From an uncultured Bacteroidales bacterium (GTDB lineage: Bacteria > Bacteroidota > Bacteroidia > Bacteroidales > UBA3824), in NCBI GenBank assembly GCA_947168365.1, contig CAMVLO010000002.1, positions 68,770 to 132,769 of the forward strand: DNA of 64,000 nucleotides, written 5' to 3'. The stretch's first letter is position 1. Each line of letters opens with the position of its first letter. The notes below the pieces were generated by a model. That model was not told the DNA's origin. It ran no database searches and saw only the letters and a program-made list of their open reading frames with translations. Shown one piece after another: positions 38,201 through 44,831 of this stretch. The translations under genes and the position numbers were made by a program.

Positions 38201-38542
38201 AAATCCGTGGCTGAGTTCTTCAAGACAAGTATCATAATCAAGATCGGCATTTTGAGCAATAGACAGCGCAAGCGAAGCAAGAGGATTTCTCTGAGGTTTG
38301 AAATCTGCAATTATCCAGCTGTTGAAATCTGCCTTGAAAAATCCGGCTCTGATATACGGAACAACACCGGCATAAACCATCGATGATTTTCCGTCGCCGG
38401 AGGCTCCCGTGATGAAAACCATTTTGTTTTCTTCCAACAGTTTTACAATTTGACGTATATGTAAATCCCTGCCTTTGAAGAAAATCGATTCTTCTTCGGT
38501 AAAAGGTCTTAAACCCGGATATGGACAGATATTGGTTTTCAT
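35273..38542 (-). CDS. STAND (NLR-like) NTPase with internal TM helix, long charged coiled coil and C-terminal WD40-like beta-propeller
   Basis: CPYPGLRPFTEEESIFFKGRD, then ITGASGDGKSS (Walker A) and LLIIADQFEEVFT (Walker B). TM KFKTIIAVAIAFIVTMLLFSGWAM (about 36806-36880). E/A/K/R/Q-rich coiled coil (about 36440-36800). WD-like strands LLAVASADKRISLIDT and IFALTEDKLIRFWNT. Confidence 0.8.
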   Translation of the reverse strand: MKTNICPYPGLRPFTEEESIFFKGRDLHIRQIVKLLEENKMVFITGASGDGKSSMVYAGVVPYIRAGFFKADFNSWIIADFKPQRNPLASLALSIAQNADLDYDTCLEELSHGFSSVIDLYKKNGFYVTEGDDAANRGKNLLIIADQFEEVFTNSDNFNNGIPSEECYTTINLLLETVRIAVTQKLPVYVAFTMRSDFISQCTVFKHLPEFIAYSQFFVPQLKRTEICQVIEEPATLAGGSVSPRLTEVIVNNINDGADQLPVLQHALNLLWKMADNGKKQLDLLHLAKIAGISRDVLSDEEQKDFDQWFAKLPDYEKKYFEKPDLNNVLNAHAGILYESAYDHFQQNASWAPKNITREESKQIIETVFKSLVKIDNNRPVRNRSTLDEITGMINKDNVNNATVCGVINIFRSPENTLLRPFSEPDNFESQYLSGDTVLDITHEALIRNWKMLASWGYEMENNQKDFYDFDAQVKRWLHHEQSAEYLLPTGSYNYFNDWYQKSRPNAYWLARYDNSKISEKEKIEKATTHFENCIDYIEASKKAILEKEEAKKRKFKTIIAVAIAFIVTMLLFSGWAMREKSKAEDSQKLAEIQRAKTEEKRLEAETERQKANDAQEAAEIAAQNARDEEQKARLAQQATERALLQANEERSRAEKAEKQALSNLLRAETGERNAKDAQERAERGEKDAKMAKDSSERLYDITLCNMLAMNAKNQYEDKELNLKLAWAAYKLSEKRNIRNNDAILYDAMLYAIEQQQVFDNILKDVPKNISTFKINNANQICLITNDAQISTYALGANKAKLIKTFNVNENKAPVLKAILLSDKYALVSMKDKSIYFVDIDNKKSTQLKTIKDYVTAATFTSDQKHIILSFNNGKILVLNPYEPKEKPSHEFTSQSKVSEFCIVDNNIYLATHTSELMKWNPETGEATPIYESPGNYAFALTSIPDKNLIVIGVSNGNVVFFNTKNDKQTCTKVCAHSQIENMFYDKNTQLLAVASADKRISLIDTKDIENSKILNIEDHALNGFKVKNMSFNTKGMIFALTEDKLIRFWNTDIKSYARILKTFNQKLDPLSAEEKELILGKEFSKEEL

Positions 38543-39408
38543 AATGCCGTTTTTGCAGTTGTTTTGTCAAAAAATACTTTGATATCCAACGGTAAAAGGC
38601 TGATTTCGTGAATTATTGTTTCGATAATTCCGTCAAAAATTTTCAGTTCTTCTTCGTTGGCATGTGCGCTGTTGCCCACCAAAAAAATCGGAGTTTTGCC
38701 GGATTGACCACCGTTGTCTTTCCACACTTGTCTTGCAAACGATACCGCCCAATCGCCGGCATAATTATAATATATCACTCCAATTTTGCAGCCGGAGAGT
38801 TGATTTTTGATATATTCGGTATAATCGATATTGCTGTTCATAGATATTCCGAGAGTAGTTACAGTTTGAATATCTTCCAACATGTGGGAAATCTCTTCAG
38901 CTGTTTGCTTGTCTAAATCGTTGTAAATAAAAAAGATGTCTTTGTGTTGAATTTCTTGTTGAACTTCGGTACGGATATTCATAATCGTTCTGAGTTCTTC
39001 TACAAAAACAATCGCAGAAGTTTTGGACGAGTAAATAGTGTTTTCTACAATTTCGCGTCTGATATTGTTGATATACTTATTGTTGTCAGTAATCTGTCCC
39101 GACGGATTCCATACAAACATCTTGAAAGTTTTGCTTCTGAGATTTTTTGCCAATCGGTATTGTTTGCCGGCATTGCTGTTGAAACCTTTGCCTTGAGGGT
39201 CGTAAATATCTACGTTGCCCAATAGATGTATCGAACAATCTGATTGTTGCATCAATTGTATATCAGTATCCTCGTTGCCGGACGAGTTGAAAACCTTGAT
39301 TCCGGCTTTTCCCAAAATAATACATAGCTTATTTTTCGTTTCCGACATATCGTTAGAAACATCGGCAACAAATACTTTTATTTCATGTGTAAATAAGCTA
39401 ATATCCAT
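38539..39408 (-). CDS. Two-domain protein: DUF4062-like N-terminal domain plus TIR-like C-terminal domain
   Basis: N-terminus KVFVADVSNDMSETKNKL...SDCSIHLLGN follows the DUF4062 pattern. C-terminus DIFFIYNDLDKQTAEEISHML...IGVIYYNYAGDWA follows the TIR beta-A/alpha-A start. The stop overlaps the STAND gene start (ATGA). Confidence 0.55.
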   Translation of the reverse strand: MDISLFTHEIKVFVADVSNDMSETKNKLCIILGKAGIKVFNSSGNEDTDIQLMQQSDCSIHLLGNVDIYDPQGKGFNSNAGKQYRLAKNLRSKTFKMFVWNPSGQITDNNKYINNIRREIVENTIYSSKTSAIVFVEELRTIMNIRTEVQQEIQHKDIFFIYNDLDKQTAEEISHMLEDIQTVTTLGISMNSNIDYTEYIKNQLSGCKIGVIYYNYAGDWAVSFARQVWKDNGGQSGKTPIFLVGNSAHANEEELKIFDGIIETIIHEISLLPLDIKVFFDKTTAKTAL

Positions 39409-39461
39409 CTTTTGTTTTACTTTGTAATTGTTTTTACATGCATTAATGATACCATTTGACG

Positions 39462-39469
39462 CAAATTTA
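39462..39469 (-). promoter_or_regulatory. TAnnTTTG -7 box for the 39408-31557 operon
   Basis: The minus strand reads TAAATTTG, about 54 nt upstream of the ATG at 39408. Confidence 0.4.
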
Positions 39470-39601
39470 AGATTTTTTTTCTTAATCGAATCAAATAAAT
39501 TGCTAAAAAAAGTAAAAGGTTCGATTATTTGTGTAATTTTGTCCCGATTTTCTAATCAGAAACAATACACGTATTTTATTAATTTAACACAAATCACATC
39601 A

Positions 39602-39949
39602 ATGGAAAACAACGAACAAAACACCGTAAATATAGCCGGTGAGAACACTGCTAACGAGTTGGAAAACAAAGAACAGTCAATCGCAGTAAATGTAGATGAA
39701 GCACAACAAAAGATGTCACAAGCCGATATTGATAGAGAAATGAGACGAATGCAATACCAGGTAAAAAACGCCATAGCGGCACAAGGTGGAAAAGGAATTG
39801 TTATCGGTTTGCTTTTGATTATAGTTGGTGCAATTTTTACATTTACTTCAACTACAAAAATATATATCGGCGCATTTATAGTCGGCGGTATTTACATCGT
39901 GAAAGGTATTTATCATTTGATAAAAGCAGCACGAATTAAGATTAGATGA
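39602..39949 (+). CDS. Small membrane protein (two C-terminal TM helices)
   Basis: From ATG 39602: MENNEQNTVNIAG..., then GIVIGLLLIIVGAIFTF and IYIGAFIVGGIYIVKGIY. Confidence 0.55.
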   Translation: MENNEQNTVNIAGENTANELENKEQSIAVNVDEAQQKMSQADIDREMRRMQYQVKNAIAAQGGKGIVIGLLLIIVGAIFTFTSTTKIYIGAFIVGGIYIVKGIYHLIKAARIKIR

Positions 39950-40095
39950 GTCGTGAAATGTTCCGGGGAATTTATAATCAACCTCGGTTTCATCATCGCA
40001 GTCCCGAAGGGACGGCATAAAATATCCGGGGGTGTTGTCGGCAACGACAAAAACCCCCGGATAATTGACGCATTAATTTCGAAGTAACGGTGATA

Positions 40096-40131
40096 TAAAA
40101 AAAGAGCGGAACGATAAAATCGAACCGCTCT
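40096..40131 (-). terminator. Rho-independent terminator of the 40155-40892 gene
   Basis: On the minus strand, an AGAGCGG...CCGCTCT stem followed by T7. Confidence 0.7.
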
Positions 40132-40154
40132 AATTGTTAGAGTGTCAAAAGGAA

Positions 40155-40892
40155 TTAAGAATTTGTTACCTCCGTTTTTACCTCGGTGTCAGTAGACACT
40201 TCGGTAGTAGAGTTTTTGTTTAATCCCTTCGATTTGTCAAACAATTCGTTGATAATCAATGCAAACTCGTTGCATGACTTAGGAGCTATATAAGCATTAT
40301 ATGCGTTGACATAATCTGCAAATTCGCCCCATGCTTTGTTCAAAGCATCGCGTGCGCCCGGTTTGTAACCCTTATTCGCTTGGTAATAATTACCTCTTAA
40401 GTCGTATAAACTTTCGTGTTTATCCAACAAATTTGCTACTATTGACAATAAGATGTCAATACTAAGTGTTTTGAGAGCCGGTTTCCCAAGTTGATTAAAC
40501 TCGTTTAATTGTCGTTTAATTTTTTCAATTTTCTTAAACAAATTATTTCCTTTGAGAATGCCGTATTTGTCAACAATCTCTTTGGCTGTCTTTGCGAGAT
40601 CCGAAATTTGTGTTTCCGGATTATACACATTGGCAGTGATAATCTGTCTAATTGAATTAAAGACATTAAACATCTGTTTCCTCACCTCGGTAAGCTCTAC
40701 CGTATAAGGGTTGGTTCTCTGTTTTTCAACAGCTGTTACCAACAAATTGTAGTTTTCAGTGAAATTTTTAGCATATTCACTGTTTCGTACTTCTTCAGGC
40801 AACTTTCCCAAAGTTGCGAGTGCTCGTGCCGCGAAGTACAGCGTTTCTAGGTTCGAAAACCTAACGAGACTTTTTAAACAAAAGTAGTTCAT
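40155..40892 (-). CDS. Hypothetical all-helical protein (possibly the Bacteroidota-specific DUF6261-like family; from memory only)
   Basis: 245-aa ORF with an ATG start and its own terminator. Segment VRNSEYAKNF resembles the LRNxEHxxF motif of that family. Thr/Glu/Val-rich tail. Confidence 0.6.
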   Translation of the reverse strand: MNYFCLKSLVRFSNLETLYFAARALATLGKLPEEVRNSEYAKNFTENYNLLVTAVEKQRTNPYTVELTEVRKQMFNVFNSIRQIITANVYNPETQISDLAKTAKEIVDKYGILKGNNLFKKIEKIKRQLNEFNQLGKPALKTLSIDILLSIVANLLDKHESLYDLRGNYYQANKGYKPGARDALNKAWGEFADYVNAYNAYIAPKSCNEFALIINELFDKSKGLNKNSTTEVSTDTEVKTEVTNS

Positions 40893-41239
40893 AGTGTTTA
40901 AAAATTTAAAAGTGTTAATAAATAAAGTTAATTATAATTGCCTAATGATTTAATTACAACCGACTGTTTTATTCTTTTTTGCTATTCTCTATTATTTCGA
41001 GTCGGAATTACGTTTGTTCAATCAATTAGAACACTACAATGATACAAAATCTTTTTTAATTGTGCAAATCTTTGCTATTCAATGACTTCTATAATCTATC
41101 AAAAATCATATAAAAATATCCGTTTTTGTAGTAAAATTCGCCTTTACAGATACTTGTGGCGGTTTTTGTTAAAAAATATTAAATTATATAATTGATTATC
41201 AAACAGATATGTAATTCTTGCTGATTTTGACATCTTTTT

Positions 41240-41765
41240 GTTTGAAAAATTCTTGGAATTCTTGAAAATTGTATCGCTACGAGAAATGAAAATTCTTGGA
41301 ATTCTTGAAAATTGTATCGCTACAAGAAATGAAATTACCGGAAATTATTAATCTTGTATCGCTACAAGAAATGAAATTACCGGAAATTATTAATCTTGTA
41401 TCGCTACAAGAAATGAAATTACCGGAAATTATTAATCTTGTATCGCTACAAGAAATGAAATTACCGAAAATTATTAATCTTGTATAGCTACAAGAAATGA
41501 AATTACCGGAAATTATTAATCTTGTATCGCTACAAGAAATGAAATTACCGAAAATTATTAATCTTGTATCGTTACAATAAAGGAAATTACCGGAAATTAT
41601 TAATCTTGTATCGCTACAATAAAGGAAATTTCCGGAAATTATTAATCTTGTATCGCTACAATAAAGGAATTTTCTGAAAATTATTAATCTTGTCACGCGA
41701 CAAGAAAGGAAATTATCGGGAATTATGAATCTTGTTGCGACAATATTTTGTATTTTCTGACATCT
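41240..41765. repeat. Tandem array of 12 units, 42-bp period, two dyad motifs per unit
   Basis: The GTATCGCTAC core recurs at 41271, 41314, 41356, 41398, 41440, 41482, 41524, 41566, 41608, 41650, 41692 and 41734. Consensus unit: CTTGTATCGCTACAAGAAATGAAATTACCGGAAATTATTAAT. Confidence 0.9.
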
Positions 41766-41905
41766 TGTCTTATTATATTCTGTCAAAAAGTTAGTCGATT
41801 GTCATTTTTTGTGACAGTTTGTCATTAAAATTTATTCGGTACGGGGTTTGATTGTTGGCATTCGGAAATTTTAATTTAAGTAAAACATCTAAAACTATAT
41901 AAAAT

Positions 41906-43972
41906 ATGGCAACGACAGGTAAAATTGGAGTTACAAGTGAGAACATCTTCCCTGTAATCAAAAAATTCTTGTATTCAGAACAGGAAATCTTTTTAAGAGA
42001 ATTGGTTTCCAACGCAGTAGATGCTACTACAAAGGTAAAAGCATTGGCAAGAAAAGGCGATCTCAAGGAAGACCTTGGCGATTTGACAGTAAGAGTGAAT
42101 GTTGACAAAGATAAAAAGACTATCACTATTTCGGATCACGGTATCGGTATGACTTCTGAGGAGGTTGACAAATATATCAATCAGATTGCATTCTCATCAG
42201 CAGGCGACTTCCTTGAAAAATACAAGGATTCTATTGATGCTATTATCGGTCATTTCGGACTCGGATTCTACTCTGCATTTATGGTTTCAGAAAAGGTTGA
42301 CATCATCACAAAGAGTTGGCAGCCTGATTCCAAAGCTGTAAAATGGAGTTGCGACGGCAGCCCTGAGTATCAGATGGAAGAAACCGAAAAGGCTGAACGT
42401 GGTACTGATATTATTCTTCATATCGACAACGATTCGGCAGAGTATCTCGAAGATGCCAAGATTGAAGGTTTGCTCAAGAAATATTGTATGTTCCTTCCTG
42501 TTCCTATTGCTTTTGGCAAGATTAAGGAATGGAAAGAAGATAAATATGTTGATACCGACAAAGATAAGGTTATCAATGATACTGAACCGCTTTGGACTAA
42601 AAAACCGTCGGAACTCAAGGATGAGGATTACAAGAATTTCTACAAGAAACTTTATCCTTCTACTTTTGAAGATCCGTTGTTTAATATCCATTTGAATGTA
42701 GATTATCCGTTTACACTTACAGGTATTTTGTATTTCCCGAAAATCCGTACTAATTTGGAAATTCAGAAAAACAAAATCCAGTTGTATTGCAACCAAGTAT
42801 ATGTTACAGACAATGTAGAAGGTATTGTGCCTGAGTTCTTAACATTGCTTCATGGTGTATTGGATTCTCCGGATATTCCTTTGAATGTATCAAGAAGTTA
42901 TTTGCAGTCGGATTCTAATGTAAAGAAAATCAGCAACCATATTACAAAGAAAGTTGCTGACAAGCTTACAGATATTTTCAAGAATCAGCGCGAAGATTTG
43001 GAAAAGAAATGGGACGATCTCCGTTTGTTCATTCAATACGGTATGCTTACAAACGACAAGTTCTATGAGTCAGCCAAAGATTTCTTCTTGTACAAAAATA
43101 CCGAAGACAAATATTTTACTTTGGATGAATACAAGAATATCATCAAAGCAAACCAAACTGACAAAAACAATACTATAATAATACTTTACGCTACCAACAA
43201 GGAAGATCAGTATTCATTTATTTCGGCAGCCAAAGAAAAAGGTTACGATGTATTGATTTTGGATTCAGCATTTGATTCACATTTTATCAACCAGGTAGAA
43301 CAAAAGAATTCAGATGTAAGATTTATGCGTGTAGATTCTGATACATTGGACAAACTTATCAGAAAAGAAGACGCTCCAAAATCTACATTGACCGATACCG
43401 AAAAATCAGATTTGTCAGCAGTATTCAATTCACAAACACCAAAGAATTCCAACAAGAATTTCACAGTAGAATTTGATACCTTGTCGGCAGACGATATGCC
43501 TGTATTGATTACCCAGAGCGAATTTATGCGTCGTATGAAAGATATGGGTAAGATGGGCGGTCCAGAATCAAGTTTCTACAACAATCTTCCTGACAATCTC
43601 AATCTTGTTGTCAACGAAAACCATCCGATAGTAAAATCAATAATTGCGGATGCAAAATCGGCAACAGCAGCTGATGTTACAAAATTGGAAGACGAGTTGA
43701 AACCTTTGAAATCTGATTTGGAAAGTCTTGAAAAGCTTACCAAAGACAAGAAAGAGGAAGAAATCAGTACCGAAGAGAAAACCAAGAAAGAGGAATTACA
43801 GAAGAAAATCTCAGACTTGGAATCAAAACGCAAAGAGGTATTTGAGAAATATGCCGGCGGCAACAAGTTGGTTAAACAATTGATAGACTTGGCATTGTTG
43901 GCAAACAACATGCTTAGAGGCGAAGATCTTACCAAATTTGTAAAACGTTCGGTAGAATTTATTGGAAAATAA
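41906..43972 (+). CDS. htpG: Molecular chaperone HtpG (Hsp90)
   Basis: IFLRELVSNAVDA, SDHGIGMT, IGHFGLGFYSAFMV and LNVSRSYLQ are Hsp90 signature blocks. 688 aa. Confidence 0.95.
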   Translation: MATTGKIGVTSENIFPVIKKFLYSEQEIFLRELVSNAVDATTKVKALARKGDLKEDLGDLTVRVNVDKDKKTITISDHGIGMTSEEVDKYINQIAFSSAGDFLEKYKDSIDAIIGHFGLGFYSAFMVSEKVDIITKSWQPDSKAVKWSCDGSPEYQMEETEKAERGTDIILHIDNDSAEYLEDAKIEGLLKKYCMFLPVPIAFGKIKEWKEDKYVDTDKDKVINDTEPLWTKKPSELKDEDYKNFYKKLYPSTFEDPLFNIHLNVDYPFTLTGILYFPKIRTNLEIQKNKIQLYCNQVYVTDNVEGIVPEFLTLLHGVLDSPDIPLNVSRSYLQSDSNVKKISNHITKKVADKLTDIFKNQREDLEKKWDDLRLFIQYGMLTNDKFYESAKDFFLYKNTEDKYFTLDEYKNIIKANQTDKNNTIIILYATNKEDQYSFISAAKEKGYDVLILDSAFDSHFINQVEQKNSDVRFMRVDSDTLDKLIRKEDAPKSTLTDTEKSDLSAVFNSQTPKNSNKNFTVEFDTLSADDMPVLITQSEFMRRMKDMGKMGGPESSFYNNLPDNLNLVVNENHPIVKSIIADAKSATAADVTKLEDELKPLKSDLESLEKLTKDKKEEEISTEEKTKKEELQKKISDLESKRKEVFEKYAGGNKLVKQLIDLALLANNMLRGEDLTKFVKRSVEFIGK

Positions 43973-44005
43973 TTTTGTAATTTGTGTTAATTATAATTAA
44001 TTTAG

Positions 44006-44037
44006 AGGCTTGAAGTTAACTGCTTCAGGCCTTTTTT
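44006..44037 (+). terminator. Rho-independent terminator after htpG
   Basis: AGGCTTGAAG...CTTCAGGCCT stem (one mismatch) followed by T6. Confidence 0.65.
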
Positions 44038-44227
44038 CGTATAAAATAAAAAATAATAAAATTTGGTACAATACCTTCTTTTTGGTACGCTGTTTGCCTA
44101 TTCGGGAGATAGGAAACAGTAAAGAATATAAACAACAAAAAGATTAAATATTTAACTCTGCGTGAGGTAGTTACCCACGTTTTTATTTTTATTTATAAAA
44201 GATGTAAAAACATAAAACAACAGACGA

Positions 44228-44701
44228 ATGAAAATAAAATTTGTAGTGGTTGGCAAAACCGTGGAGAAATATTTAATAGACGCGTGTGCCGAATACGAAA
44301 AGAGGATTAAAAAATATATCCAATTTGAGTATATCGTTCTCAAAGACCTTAAAAATGCTTCGTCGCTCAGTCACGACCAAGTGAAAGAGCAGGAAGCCAA
44401 ACTATTAGAACCGTATATGACGCCCAATACTTATCGGATAATACTCGATGAGCACGGCAAAGAGTATACGAGTGTAGAATTTTCCGAATATATAGGTCGG
44501 AAAATGGCGAATTTAGGGAAAGATATAACATTTGTGATAGGAGGTCCATACGGTTTTGATCCTAAAATCAGTGCTTTGGCAGACGATAAGATTTCGCTTT
44601 CCAAAATGACATTTTCTCACCAGATGGTCAGACTGATATTCTTGGAGCAATTGTACCGTGCGTATACAATCATGCGCGGAGAACCTTATCATCACGAATA
44701 A
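44228..44701 (+). CDS. rlmH: 23S rRNA (pseudouridine1915-N3)-methyltransferase RlmH
   Basis: 157 aa of SPOUT fold: MKIKFVVVGK..., FVIGGPYGF, SLSKMTFSHQMVRLIFLEQLYRAYTIMRGEPYHH. Confidence 0.9.
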   Translation: MKIKFVVVGKTVEKYLIDACAEYEKRIKKYIQFEYIVLKDLKNASSLSHDQVKEQEAKLLEPYMTPNTYRIILDEHGKEYTSVEFSEYIGRKMANLGKDITFVIGGPYGFDPKISALADDKISLSKMTFSHQMVRLIFLEQLYRAYTIMRGEPYHHE

Positions 44702-44831
44702 CGAAAAATGGAGATATCAGAAGAATTTTTATTTATTTTTACATAGAAATAACTACTCAAGGAAAAAACTTTTTTAATAGACTACAAACAATTATTTTTT
44801 AGACACTATTAAAATTCAAGGACAAAAACAA

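Noticed and set aside
41240-41765. Possible CRISPR array, given regularly spaced palindromic repeats.
   Set aside because: There are no unique spacers: the whole 42-bp unit is repeated. No cas genes are in the window. The repeat-plus-spacer geometry does not fit a CRISPR array.
41277-41786. 169-aa minus-strand ORF (and the 63-aa plus-strand ORF at 41296-41487) with 14-aa repeats such as SGNFISCSDTRLII.
   Set aside because: Both strands stay open only because the 42-bp repeat is a multiple of 3 and lacks stop codons. There is no signal peptide or recognisable fold. The composition is Cys/Ile-rich and odd. The substitutions preserve the DNA dyad rather than the peptide. I treat it as non-coding.
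41786-41905. Heat-shock promoter or CIRCE-like operator directly upstream of htpG.
   Set aside because: I could not find a CIRCE inverted repeat (TTAGCACTC-N9-GAGTGCTAA) or a clean TAnnTTTG box. Only weak TGTCA/TGACA repeats are present, which is not enough to call.
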